From positions 32,001-96,000 of the forward strand of contig JBJOKS010000001.1 in assembly GCA_046045965.1 (NCBI GenBank): a stretch of 64,000 nt of DNA. The letters run 5' to 3'. Shown in pieces: positions 1-9,701 of this stretch. A program made the position numbers and the translations under genes. Within the stretch, counting starts at the first letter, position 1. Each line of letters starts with the position of its first letter. A model generated the notes under the pieces. The model saw only the letters and a program-made list of their open reading frames with translations, made no database searches and was not told the DNA's origin. Source of the stretch: Cyanobacteriota bacterium (GTDB lineage: Bacteria > Cyanobacteriota > Cyanobacteriia > Cyanobacteriales > Nostocaceae).

Positions 1-647
1 AGGCTGACATCACAGAACTAGGAGGTTATCCACTGCGACGAAATGCAGCCAGAGCATTGGGAAAATTGGGCAGTCCCAAAGCCATACCTGGCTTGATTCA
101 GTGTTTGGAATGCTCGGATTTTTATGTGCGGGAAGCAGCAGCCCAATCTTTAGGAATGCTAAACGCTAAAGCCGCAGTACCAACACTAATCAAAATGCTA
201 GATGGGGGTGTTGCCAAGGCCTTGCAAGTACCAGGTCGCCCTCATCTGACCCAACCCTATGAAGCAGTGTTAGAAGCCTTGGGAGCTATTGGTGCAACTG
301 AGGCTATTTGCCTAATTCAGCCTTTTCTAGAGCATCCTGTCCCACGGGTACAATGCGCCGCATCTAGGGCTATGTATCAACTGACCCAAGATCCTCAATA
401 TGGGGAATTTTTGGTGACAATGATGCAAAAAAGTGATCTGAAATTGCGGCGGGTGATTTTGGGGGATTTGGGAGCAATTGGGTATATGGCAGCAGCAGAG
501 GCGATCGCCCTTGCTCAGGCAGAAAATAGCTTTAAACTCATGGCGCTCAAAGGATTACTAGAGCATCAAATTTCTCATGAGTTAGATTCTCTCGCTGTTT
601 CTGATCAGGCAATTCTGGTCATGAACCTGATGGATTCACTTTTATAG
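1..647 (+). CDS. cpcE: Phycocyanobilin lyase alpha subunit CpcE (5'-partial)
   Basis: Frame is open from the window start (GGYPLRRNAARALGKLG...); HEAT-like repeats; directly upstream of cpcF/cpcG. Confidence 0.9.
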   Translation, partial: ADITELGGYPLRRNAARALGKLGSPKAIPGLIQCLECSDFYVREAAAQSLGMLNAKAAVPTLIKMLDGGVAKALQVPGRPHLTQPYEAVLEALGAIGATEAICLIQPFLEHPVPRVQCAASRAMYQLTQDPQYGEFLVTMMQKSDLKLRRVILGDLGAIGYMAAAEAIALAQAENSFKLMALKGLLEHQISHELDSLAVSDQAILVMNLMDSLL

Positions 648-656
648 TCATTAGTC

Positions 657-729
657 GTAGGGGCGAAGCATTCAGAAAATAACCTTTGATAAAAACTGAG
701 CGTTTATCCCCTGAATGCTTCGCCCGTAC
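657..729. repeat. REP-like GTAG palindromic element
   Basis: GTAGGGGCGAAGCATTC...GAATGCTTCGCCCGTAC inverted arms, embedded in ATTAGTC repeats between cpcE and cpcF. Confidence 0.7.
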
Positions 730-794
730 ATTAGTCATTAGTTAAATGATTAACAACAAATGACTATTGACTATTAATCATTGATATTTGACCA

Positions 795-1406
795 ATGACT
801 GAGGAACTAATTAGTGCTGTTGCCCTAGCAGAAACACCAGGGCAAATGGTAACAGCAGTGCAGAACCTGGCAGCAGCTAAAGATCCAGCCGCCATTCCCA
901 CATTCATTGCTGTTTTTGGTTATAACAACCCAGCAGCAGCAGTGGTGGCAGTAGCCGCACTCACAGAATTGGGCGAAATAGCAGTACCCCAATTGCTAGA
1001 ACAAATTGATGATTATAACTATGGCGCACGGGCTTATTCGATTCGCACTTTAGCAGCGATCGCTGATCCCCGTGCTTTAGATGTGTTAATCTCCACTGCT
1101 GCTACAGACTTTGCTCCTAGTGTTCGCCGTGCTGCTGCCAAAGGACTAGGAAACTTAAATTGGTCTAAATTAGGCTTTCCTGAAAGTCAAACAGCCATCA
1201 ACCGCGCCTTAGATACACTAATGTTGATATGCCAAGATACGGACTGGTCAATTCGTTATGCAGCCATTGTTGGTTTACAGGCTTTGGCAAAAATAGCGGA
1301 GGTGAGAGAAACCATTTTGACTCTCTTCCAAGAAATGCTGGCTAATGATGCCCAAAAGGCAGTCCGTGCCCGGATTCAGTTAGCTTCTACCAATTTGGGA
1401 TTTTAG
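795..1406 (+). CDS. cpcF: Phycocyanobilin lyase beta subunit CpcF
   Basis: HEAT repeats, GYNNPAAA, YNYGARAYSIR and DFAPSVRRAAAKGLG motifs; position between cpcE and cpcG. Confidence 0.9.
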   Translation: MTEELISAVALAETPGQMVTAVQNLAAAKDPAAIPTFIAVFGYNNPAAAVVAVAALTELGEIAVPQLLEQIDDYNYGARAYSIRTLAAIADPRALDVLISTAATDFAPSVRRAAAKGLGNLNWSKLGFPESQTAINRALDTLMLICQDTDWSIRYAAIVGLQALAKIAEVRETILTLFQEMLANDAQKAVRARIQLASTNLGF

Positions 1407-1502
1407 ATTTTGGGATTAATCTCAAATTACCCGCACTATCCCAACTTGGCTATCACAATCAATAGACCGCTCTTTATACCATAAAACAAGGTAAAAGTAA
1501 AG

Positions 1503-2342
1503 ATGTCAATACCACTCTTAGAATATTCTCCTGCTTCGCAAAATCAGCGAGTAGAAGGTTACGAAGTACCTAACGAAGACACCCCAACCCTTTATAAACT
1601 GAACTATGCCACATCAGATCAAGATGTGGATGCCATTATCTGGGCGGGATATCGGCAGATTTTTAGCGAACATCTGATTTTAAGCAGTTACCGTCAAAAA
1701 TTTTTAGAATCTCAACTGCGAAATCGGGCTATTACCGTCCGTGATTTTATTCGTGGTTTAGGTAAATCAGATGTTTTCCGTAGCCAAGTAGCAGACGTTA
1801 ACTCTAACTATCGCTTAGTTGATATTATCCTCAAGCGGTTTGTGGGACGGGCAGCTTATAACAAAGATGAAGAAATTGCTTGGTCTATTGTCATTGCCAC
1901 CAAAGGCGTACATGGCTTTATTGATGCGTTGTTGGACTCTGACGAGTACCTAGAAAACTTTGGTGATGACATCGTACCTTATCAACGTCGTCGCTTTGGA
2001 TCACGTCCTTTTAACTTAGTGAATCCTCGCTACAATGCTGAATGGCGTGACACCCAAAGTATGCGTTCCCTTGGTTATCGTTCTTTCTACAGCATCCGCA
2101 CTTCAGGAACTCTCACTACTGAAGATATTCGCAAAGCTATCCCAGCTAACTTCTTTGCAATGGCTGGAAAAATCATCACTCCCGAACGCAACTACCAAAG
2201 AACAATTGCTTCTGTGACTTCTCAAGTGAAAACTTTGGATATTCCCGATACTTCACGGGATGTAACCACAGAGGAAGTAACTATTAAACCGGTAGCAGTT
2301 TCTCTACCTTATAGCTATATCCCTGCGATCGCGAAAAATTAA
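1503..2342 (+). CDS. cpcG1: Phycobilisome rod-core linker CpcG1
   Basis: MSIPLLEYSPASQNQRV start, linker domain ([28 protein letters not shown]); 279 aa; first cpcG after cpcF. Confidence 0.88.
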   Translation: MSIPLLEYSPASQNQRVEGYEVPNEDTPTLYKLNYATSDQDVDAIIWAGYRQIFSEHLILSSYRQKFLESQLRNRAITVRDFIRGLGKSDVFRSQVADVNSNYRLVDIILKRFVGRAAYNKDEEIAWSIVIATKGVHGFIDALLDSDEYLENFGDDIVPYQRRRFGSRPFNLVNPRYNAEWRDTQSMRSLGYRSFYSIRTSGTLTTEDIRKAIPANFFAMAGKIITPERNYQRTIASVTSQVKTLDIPDTSRDVTTEEVTIKPVAVSLPYSYIPAIAKN

Positions 2343-2464
2343 TCAAAGGGAACAGGGAACAGGCAGGGGAAGCAGGGGGAGATTAATAACCCAATGCCCA
2401 ATGCCCAATGCCCAATACCCAATACCAATTACCTACCCATTACAACTTACAAACATTGTAAAAT

Positions 2465-3208
2465 ATGGCAATACCTTTACTAGAATATAAACCCAGTTCT
2501 CAAAACCAACGGGTTTCAGGTTACGAAGTACCGAACGAAGACAGCCCCAGAATTTACCGCATAGAAGATTATGCTGTTGGTGGTGAAGTTGAAGAGTTAA
2601 TTTGGGCTGCGTATCGGCAACTGTTCAGCGAACACGTCATCCTCAAATTCTACCGTCAAGGTAATTTAGAATCTCAGGTAAAAAATAAAGCTATTACTGT
2701 CCGTGACTTTATTCGGGGTTTAGCTAAGTCTGACGCTTTCCAGGATTTGGTCATCAAAACCAACTCCAATTATCGCTTAGTAGAACTGGGACTCAAGCGG
2801 TTGTTAGGTCGTGCGCCTTACAACAAAGATGAAGAAATCGCTTGGTCAATCAAAATTGCTACAGACGGTTGGGATGGTTTTGTTGATGCGTTGATAGATT
2901 CACAAGAATATCAAAGCAGCTTTGGTGAAAATATAGTTCCCTACCAACGCCGACGCTATAAAGATAGACCCTTTAATTTGGTAACACCCCGCTATGCTGG
3001 CTACTGGCGCGATAAGTTAGAAGCTGCACGCTACAAACCAGGTAGTATCAGTGACTTCATGAAAATGGCTGCTTCTGTTAGCATCAGGACTGTTACTTAC
3101 ACACCAGTTAGCACAGCTAACATTAAAATTCCTGATACTACTAGGGACACAATACCCGCAGGTATTCCTGTTTCTATCAGTCCTAGTGCTAGTTTCCCTA
3201 TAGGCTAA
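2465..3208 (+). CDS. cpcG2: Phycobilisome rod-core linker CpcG2
   Basis: [17 protein letters not shown] start, same linker domain, 247 aa. Confidence 0.85.
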   Translation: MAIPLLEYKPSSQNQRVSGYEVPNEDSPRIYRIEDYAVGGEVEELIWAAYRQLFSEHVILKFYRQGNLESQVKNKAITVRDFIRGLAKSDAFQDLVIKTNSNYRLVELGLKRLLGRAPYNKDEEIAWSIKIATDGWDGFVDALIDSQEYQSSFGENIVPYQRRRYKDRPFNLVTPRYAGYWRDKLEAARYKPGSISDFMKMAASVSIRTVTYTPVSTANIKIPDTTRDTIPAGIPVSISPSASFPIG

Positions 3209-3330
3209 ATCTCTTAATTAGGTGTGTTACCTAATGCGGGAAAATAGTTAAAGCGTGAATTGGGAAGTTGAGTCATCAAACCTGGTTCCGTTTTCAAAGT
3301 CAAATTTATTAACAAGAGGAAAGACGCAGC

Positions 3331-4092
3331 ATGGCACTGCCATTACTTCAATACAAACCAACCACTCAAAATCACCGTGTTAGCACCTTTGGCGTTGCTG
3401 ACACAAATGAAGATACCCCATATATCTATCGTTTAGAAGATGTTAGTTCTTACACTGACATTCAAAGCATCATTTGGGCATCCTATCGCCAAGTTTTCAG
3501 CGAACATGAGATTTTGAAGTTTAACCGCCAAATTACTTTAGAATCTCAGCTGAAAAATGGTTCTTTGTCTGTTAAAGACTTCATTCGTGGTTTAGCTAAA
3601 TCCGAAGCTTTTTATCGTTTAGTTGTTTCTGTGAACAACAACTACCGTTTAGTAGATATTACCCTCAAGCGCCTTTTGGGTCGTTCTGCTTACAACAAAC
3701 AAGAAGAAATTGCTTGGTCTATTGTTATTGGTACTAAGGGTTTCAGTGGCTTTGTTGATGCTTTATTAGACAGCGAAGAATACAGCCAAAACTTTGGTGA
3801 CAATACTGTACCCTACCAACGCAACCGCTTAGAAGGTCGTCCTTACAATTTGGTGACTCCTCGCTACGGTGCAGACTTCCAAGAAACCGCAGGTACAGTC
3901 AGAACCGACTGGCGCTTTGTTTTGGACAACTTCTACACTGCAAAAGCGAAAACAAAGCGTTTGCAAGAAGGCGATCCTGGCAAGTTTGCAGATATGGCTG
4001 CATCACTCTCTGGTAAGGGTAACTACGCTCAAAAAATCTCTTCTTTTGATATTGATTTCTTGAATGGTGTTCCTTATCGTGGTAGACGCTAA
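3331..4092 (+). CDS. cpcG4: Phycobilisome rod-core linker, CpcG4-type
   Basis: [17 protein letters not shown] start, linker domain, 253 aa, basic C-terminus VPYRGRR with no hydrophobic tail. Confidence 0.75.
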   Translation: MALPLLQYKPTTQNHRVSTFGVADTNEDTPYIYRLEDVSSYTDIQSIIWASYRQVFSEHEILKFNRQITLESQLKNGSLSVKDFIRGLAKSEAFYRLVVSVNNNYRLVDITLKRLLGRSAYNKQEEIAWSIVIGTKGFSGFVDALLDSEEYSQNFGDNTVPYQRNRLEGRPYNLVTPRYGADFQETAGTVRTDWRFVLDNFYTAKAKTKRLQEGDPGKFADMAASLSGKGNYAQKISSFDIDFLNGVPYRGRR

Positions 4093-4127
4093 GAAGGTAA
4101 TTCTTTAATTACCTAAATTTCCTGTTG

Positions 4128-4208
4128 GGTCTGGTTTTTACATTAATATGATAACGGCTTGGCGGTTCCTCTGTTGGCTAGTTATGATATTAGGTGAAAA
4201 CTAGACCC
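4128..4208 (+). terminator. Long stem-loop downstream of the cpc operon
   Basis: GGGTCTGGTTTTTAC...GTGAAAACTAGACCC imperfect inverted repeat 35 bp after the last cpcG stop. Confidence 0.5.
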
Positions 4209-4217
4209 TTGGTTTTC

Positions 4218-4316
4218 GGAGGCAGGAGGCAGGAGGCAGGAGGCAGGAGGCAGGAGGCAGGAGGCAGTAGGCAGGAGGCAGGAGGCAGGAGGCAGGAGGC
4301 AGGAGGCAGGAGGCAG
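4218..4316. repeat. STRR heptamer tandem repeat (GGAGGCA)n
   Basis: About 14 tandem copies visible. Confidence 0.95.
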
Positions 4317-4357
4317 AAGGGAAAAGATTTTTAATTTTTAATTTTTACTTTTTGATT

Positions 4358-4975
4358 ATGAACCAAAGATTAACTCAAGAACAGTTAAATCAGATTATTG
4401 CGGAAGTTCAAGGTTTACAGTTACGTCAAGAATCGGAATTTGATAAACCACAGATTCAGCAAATTTTACAAGAATTAAATTTACCAACTGAATTATTAGA
4501 TGAAGCTTTGATTCAGTTACGTCGTCGTCAAGCTTTGGAATTGCAACAACGTCGTAATAAAATGATTGCTTTTGGTGTGGTTGGAGCTATTATTATTACT
4601 GTTAGTGGAACAGTATTTTTTAATCAACAACAAAGTTCTTTATTGGCTAATGTGTCTGCTCAACAAGATAGAATTACTTTAGCTGATAAGGTTGATATAA
4701 AAACTGTTAATCGTCAATCTAATGCTGAAGTTTTCTATCGTGTAACTTTAAAAGATGCACCGATAGGTAAAAAGTTATCTCTAAGTTGTAATTGGATTGA
4801 TCCTAGTGGTCAAGTTGTGAAGCAAAATAATTATCAAACTCGTGAGGTGACAACTTCTATTTGGGATACTTTTTGTCGTTATCCTATTAATCCTACTGCA
4901 CCTGTGGGTAATTGGAAGGTGGAAATGTTGCTGGATGGGAGAAAAATTAGTGAGGAAATTTTTGTTGTGCAATAG
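4358..4975 (+). CDS. Single-pass membrane protein with C-terminal beta-sandwich domain (DUF3859-like)
   Basis: Helical Q/L-rich N-terminus, TM segment MIAFGVVGAIIITVSGTVFF, C-terminal CNWIDPSG...GNWKVEMLLDG; 2 bp from the next gene. Confidence 0.6.
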   Translation: MNQRLTQEQLNQIIAEVQGLQLRQESEFDKPQIQQILQELNLPTELLDEALIQLRRRQALELQQRRNKMIAFGVVGAIIITVSGTVFFNQQQSSLLANVSAQQDRITLADKVDIKTVNRQSNAEVFYRVTLKDAPIGKKLSLSCNWIDPSGQVVKQNNYQTREVTTSIWDTFCRYPINPTAPVGNWKVEMLLDGRKISEEIFVVQ

Positions 4976-4977
4976 TT

Positions 4978-6687
4978 ATGTTTTCAGGTGATTTTATCGG
5001 TTATTGGGGTGAGAAGAAGGAAGATTTTTTCACGCAAAGATGCAGAGACGCAGAGAGAGGAGGAAAGGGAGAGAAGTTTGTTTTTGAGGTTGTTTATGTG
5101 GGGTGTGAGTCTGTACCGGAGATAGAAGGAAATATTATTGCTGCTGTTTCTGCGTCGGGGTTTTCTGATGCTGATGTGTGGGTGAAGGTAAAAGATGATC
5201 AGTTGATTTTGGGTAGGGAGGTTTTTGGGAGAGTTCCTTTATTTTGGAGTTGTAAAAATAATACTGTTTGGTTTGCTTCTCGGTTAGAATTACTTTTAGA
5301 AATAATGGAAAACCCGGAAGTTTGTATTTCTGGTTTATATGGTTATTCTTGTTTTTCTTATGTTCCTACTCCTTTAACTCCTGTTGATGGGGTGTTTTCT
5401 GTAAGTGCGGGAACTGAGGTTATTTTTAAGTTGGATAATCTTGGTTTTCCTGAAGTTAGAAAAATTTATCAATGGACTGAAATAAAAGAACAAATTAAAG
5501 ATGAAAATACCGCAGTTTCTCAATTACAAACTTTACTAAAGAATGCGGTAGAAAAGCAAGTTGCTGATTTAAATGATGAACCTGTGGGAGTTTTTCTTTC
5601 TGGGGGTTTAGATTCTTCTATTGTTGCTGCTTTGTTGGTACAATTGGGGTTGAAGGTTCGCGCTTATAGTTTAGATTTTGGTGATTTTGGTATTTCTGAA
5701 TATCCTTATGCGGAACAAGTAGCGCAGTTTCTCAATATTCCTTTAATTAAGGTTGATGCTAGTCCTAAGAATATTAAAAATGCTATTATTCCTACTGTTA
5801 AAGCTTTAGATTTACCTTTTGGTGATGGTGTTACTGTTCCTTTATATCTTTTAAATAAAGTTGCTTCTCAAGAAACGCGGGTAATTTTTAATGGTGAAGG
5901 TGGTGATCAATTATTTGCAGGTTGGACTAATAAACCTTTAATTGCTGCGGGTATTTATCAAAGTGAATATCCTAATAAAAGTGAAGATTTTATCTCACAA
6001 TATCTGCGAACTTTTCACCGTCTTTGGGGTTATGAAAAACAGGTTTATCAGCCGCAAATTTATGCTCAGATTCAAGGTTTAAATGCTCAGGAATGGCTTT
6101 TAGATGCTCTTGATTCGAGTTTTTGCCCTTCTTTGTTACATCGTCTGCGTCGTGCTAGTTTGATGTTGAAAGGAGCGCAAAATATTCATCCCCGTGCGAC
6201 TGCTTTAAGTTTTGTGCATGGGTTAAATGTGCGATCGCCTTTTTGTGATTTACTTTTAGCAGAATGGACTTTTCAGCTATCTGGTGAACTCTGTTTACAG
6301 GGTGCTTGTGAAAAATATATACTGAAACGTGCTGTAGAAAATTGGCTACCATCGGAAATTGTATGGAGACAAAAGCGGGGTATGGGTGTTCCCTTAACCT
6401 CTTGGTGTGTAAATAATTTTTGGCATGATATCGGTAATTGGTTAAATCCGGGTATACTAAAAGCAGAAAATATTTTTTATTCTGATATAGCATCACAAAT
6501 TGTTAGTGGAGAATTAGGAGGGAATATTCAAGGACGACGGATAGGTGAGACACTTTGGTTACTGATTATGTGGGAACTTTGGTATGCTCATGTTTTTGGT
6601 GTACAGCTAGGTCAAAAGTCTTGGAATCATCCATTTTTATTACCTAATTGGTTATGGAAACATTACAAGAAACTCCAAAATTATTAA
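4978..6687 (+). CDS. Asparagine synthetase-like ATP-dependent amide ligase (no N-terminal glutaminase Cys)
   Basis: PP-loop FLSGGLDSS, GEGGDQLFAG, RSPFCD, EKYILKRA, RQKRGMGVP; N-terminus MFSGDF instead of MCGI. Confidence 0.85.
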   Translation: MFSGDFIGYWGEKKEDFFTQRCRDAERGGKGEKFVFEVVYVGCESVPEIEGNIIAAVSASGFSDADVWVKVKDDQLILGREVFGRVPLFWSCKNNTVWFASRLELLLEIMENPEVCISGLYGYSCFSYVPTPLTPVDGVFSVSAGTEVIFKLDNLGFPEVRKIYQWTEIKEQIKDENTAVSQLQTLLKNAVEKQVADLNDEPVGVFLSGGLDSSIVAALLVQLGLKVRAYSLDFGDFGISEYPYAEQVAQFLNIPLIKVDASPKNIKNAIIPTVKALDLPFGDGVTVPLYLLNKVASQETRVIFNGEGGDQLFAGWTNKPLIAAGIYQSEYPNKSEDFISQYLRTFHRLWGYEKQVYQPQIYAQIQGLNAQEWLLDALDSSFCPSLLHRLRRASLMLKGAQNIHPRATALSFVHGLNVRSPFCDLLLAEWTFQLSGELCLQGACEKYILKRAVENWLPSEIVWRQKRGMGVPLTSWCVNNFWHDIGNWLNPGILKAENIFYSDIASQIVSGELGGNIQGRRIGETLWLLIMWELWYAHVFGVQLGQKSWNHPFLLPNWLWKHYKKLQNY

Positions 6688-7874
6688 CTCCATTTTCTCT
6701 GGAACTCGCTCAAGAATTATTACAAATTTACGGTTCTCCTTTATATGTTTATGATGGTGATATTTTAAATCAAACTATTTCCCATATTACCCAATCTTTT
6801 AGTTATCCCCATACTAAGTTTCATTTCGCTAGTGTGACAAATGGTAATATTGCGTTATTGAAGATATTTAAAAATGCTGGTTGGGGACTTCATGCTAATA
6901 CTCCAGGGGATATTTATTTGGGTTTAAATGCAGATTTTGAACCTCATGATATTGTCTATAGTGGGAGTAATTTAAATCGGGAGGAAATGTCACAAGTTTT
7001 AAATTGGGGTGTGAAGACGCTGAATTTGGATAGTATTTCTCAGTTACGTTTATTGTGTGAGATGTTTTTGTTTCGCGCAAAGACGCAAAGGAGCAAAGAC
7101 GCAAACTTAAATATTGGTTTACGTTTAAATGTTTCTGAAGATAGTCGTATTGGTGTTAGTATAGCAGATTTTGATCAGGCTGTTGCTATTGCTCATGATG
7201 CAGGTTTAAAAATTTCTGGTTTGCATTTTTATCGGGGTACGGGAACTAATGCTACTTCTGCTTTTACTGATGCTATTGATTGGGTTTTTGAGACTGCCAA
7301 AAATTTACCAGATTGGCAATATTTAGATTTTGGTGGTGGTTTTGGTTATCCATATCATCATCAAGGTGTGGCTTTTGATTGGGAATTGTTTGGAGATGAA
7401 TTAAGTAAGAGAATTAGCAATTTAGGTAAAAATATTAATTTGATTATTGAACCAGGACGCTCTGCTGTAGCTGGTTGTGGAACTTTGTTAGCTAAGGTTG
7501 TCTCTGTAAAATGGCAAGGTAAAAAACAAGTTTTAGGTGTAGATTCTACAATTGCTAATATTTCTGTTCCTGCGGTACATGGAGGTTATCGAGAAATCGT
7601 AAGTTGGAAAAATCAAACTTCGGAAAAATACCTAACTGATGTTTGTGGAAATACCACTTATTCACGGGATTATTTAGGTAAAAATTGCCAACTTCCTGCT
7701 TTAGAAATTGGTGATATGATCGCTATTTTAGATGTCGGTGCTTATGGTTATGCTATGTCTTCCCATTTTTTACATCGTCCCAAACCTGCGGAGGTGTTAT
7801 TAGAAAATGGGTGTCATCGTTTAATTAGAAAACGGGAAAATTACAGTGTTTTATTGAATAATCAAATAGTTTAA
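6654..7874 (+). CDS. Diaminopimelate-decarboxylase-fold (type III PLP) protein, atypical active site
   Basis: YGSPLYVYD, LDFGGGFG, IIEPGRSAV, DVGAYGYAMSS motifs; overlaps the upstream gene. Confidence 0.8.
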   Translation: METLQETPKLLTPFSLELAQELLQIYGSPLYVYDGDILNQTISHITQSFSYPHTKFHFASVTNGNIALLKIFKNAGWGLHANTPGDIYLGLNADFEPHDIVYSGSNLNREEMSQVLNWGVKTLNLDSISQLRLLCEMFLFRAKTQRSKDANLNIGLRLNVSEDSRIGVSIADFDQAVAIAHDAGLKISGLHFYRGTGTNATSAFTDAIDWVFETAKNLPDWQYLDFGGGFGYPYHHQGVAFDWELFGDELSKRISNLGKNINLIIEPGRSAVAGCGTLLAKVVSVKWQGKKQVLGVDSTIANISVPAVHGGYREIVSWKNQTSEKYLTDVCGNTTYSRDYLGKNCQLPALEIGDMIAILDVGAYGYAMSSHFLHRPKPAEVLLENGCHRLIRKRENYSVLLNNQIV

Positions 7875-7909
7875 ATATATTACCCATTTTACCCATTACC
7901 AAAAAACTT

Positions 7910-9208
7910 ATGAAATGTATTAACTGCGGAACTGATAATAATTTAAAAGACAGAACAGCAAACAACGGAAGATGTAAAGAATGTAATCATCCTTTTGCTT
8001 TTGAACCAACAACAATGGGGAATGTGAAAATTACTGATCCCATGTTTGCAAAAATATTAGCTGATATTTCTGCTAATGATACTTTATATTTTACACCCAA
8101 GCAGCTTTTATATTTTTTAGAAAATCGTCTCCGAAGAAAATCGTTTCAACCTTTAGGTTTTGGTTTTATATATCTCTTTTTCAATGTTTGGGTAACTGGA
8201 TTTTTGGGAGGGGTTACTTCTAGTTTTTTACCCAATTCTTTTGTCATTACTAACTTAGTTTATCAAGCAGGAGTAATTCTCTACTTATTTAAAAATACTA
8301 CTTCCAGTAAGTTAAATAGTGCACGTCGCAAAGCAAATGCGAGAACTTTACAATTGGTGGGAATAGGAATTTTGGTAGTGGGGATATTAGTCAGTTTAGG
8401 ATTAAATTCTTTCCCAATTTTTACGGTTGTGGTAATTTTAGGAATGTTGTCAATATTTTTAGGAACTAGACAGTTAGGAAAGGTAGGAAATTTACCACAG
8501 GAATTTTTAATTCCTCAATCTTATGTAGATGGTTGGTTGGAAAATTGGCAAACAATTAATGGTAGAATTGATAAGGTTTTACCTGCACCACAAGAACAAA
8601 TTGCACCTGCATCTATTAACCCTGATGTCACTGCTTACAGTTTTGATAGGTTAGTTGTTTGTGATAGTGCTAATATTGCTCAATTATTAATTGCTAATAA
8701 TTTCCACTTTGAAAATAATTGTGCAGTTCTCAGTATTAATGGTTATCCTCAAAGTATTTTTAACACGACAATAAAAATGCTCAGACGTAACCCCAATTTA
8801 CAAGTTTTTGCTCTCCATGATTGTAGTCCTAAAGGTGTTAGTTTGGTGCATCGTCTCCGCACCAGTGAGAATTGGTTTCTTAATAGTGATGTGACAATTA
8901 TTGATATCGGTTTATTACCGCGTCAAATTATTGCGAATAAGCGAGGAATGTTTATCCAAAATTCAGCTTCTTTAGCTAAAAAAGCGACAGAATTACCTTT
9001 AGAAATTCGTCAGACTTTATCTGCTGAAGAATTAGCTTGGTTAGATGCTGGTAATTTTGTGGAATTGGAATCTTTCTCTCCGCAAATGTTGATTAAAGTT
9101 CTCAGAAGTGGTATTTCTGGAAGTCTGAATTTAGCAAGTGATGATAGTAGTATGATTTTAATTGGTGATGGGGGTAATGATATTTATATGGTGGAAAGTT
9201 TTGGTTAA
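7910..9208 (+). CDS. Zn-ribbon / multi-TM / TOPRIM-like domain protein
   Basis: N-terminal CxxC...CxxC, about four hydrophobic segments, C-terminal VVCDS / GYP / LHDCSPKG / GLLP / ELESF motifs. Confidence 0.55.
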   Translation: MKCINCGTDNNLKDRTANNGRCKECNHPFAFEPTTMGNVKITDPMFAKILADISANDTLYFTPKQLLYFLENRLRRKSFQPLGFGFIYLFFNVWVTGFLGGVTSSFLPNSFVITNLVYQAGVILYLFKNTTSSKLNSARRKANARTLQLVGIGILVVGILVSLGLNSFPIFTVVVILGMLSIFLGTRQLGKVGNLPQEFLIPQSYVDGWLENWQTINGRIDKVLPAPQEQIAPASINPDVTAYSFDRLVVCDSANIAQLLIANNFHFENNCAVLSINGYPQSIFNTTIKMLRRNPNLQVFALHDCSPKGVSLVHRLRTSENWFLNSDVTIIDIGLLPRQIIANKRGMFIQNSASLAKKATELPLEIRQTLSAEELAWLDAGNFVELESFSPQMLIKVLRSGISGSLNLASDDSSMILIGDGGNDIYMVESFG

Positions 9209-9216
9209 TAAGCTGA

Positions 9217-9678
9217 TTATAAATTATGCTCCCAATATTTGGCAGATAAAAGTAAATCTGTACCAAAATCAAATGGCCATGTATCAGGAAAATCTGTTTG
9301 TTTATACTCAACGGAAACAATATCTAAAGCATCAATATAAACTTCTGTAAATATTTGTGCTAAATAAGGTTTTAAGCTAGGAGATTCTTTCAATAAAACT
9401 TTAATTTGTTTTCGTTGTTCTACAATAGTTACTTCCCATCCATTGAAGTTTTCAGAACTGTTAACATACATCCGTTTGAGAATATGCGCTATCAAAAATA
9501 ATAATCTATTTCTTAATTCTCGTCTTTCGCTTTTTCCCAAACTTTCAATCTCCTCTATTAAATTTTCAAAATCAAGATTTTCTACATCTTTTGCTTTGAG
9601 TTGAACAACGGTTCTTTCACACCAAGCAAGAAAATCGGTTTCATATAAAATATCATGTTTGGGTATGTTTTGTATCAT
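9217..9678 (-). CDS. DUF29 family protein
   Basis: LYETDFLAW, LDFENLIEEIESLGKSE, SPSLKPYL motifs. Confidence 0.9.
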   Translation of the reverse strand: MIQNIPKHDILYETDFLAWCERTVVQLKAKDVENLDFENLIEEIESLGKSERRELRNRLLFLIAHILKRMYVNSSENFNGWEVTIVEQRKQIKVLLKESPSLKPYLAQIFTEVYIDALDIVSVEYKQTDFPDTWPFDFGTDLLLSAKYWEHNL

Positions 9679-9701
9679 TAATTTTACTCCTGGAGTGATT
9701 C

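Noticed and set aside
4218..4316. CRISPR array at this and other repeat runs
   Set aside because: Pure heptamer tandem repeats without spacers; no cas genes in the window
6654..7874. Calling this gene lysA
   Set aside because: The PLP lysine and catalytic cysteine motifs are absent
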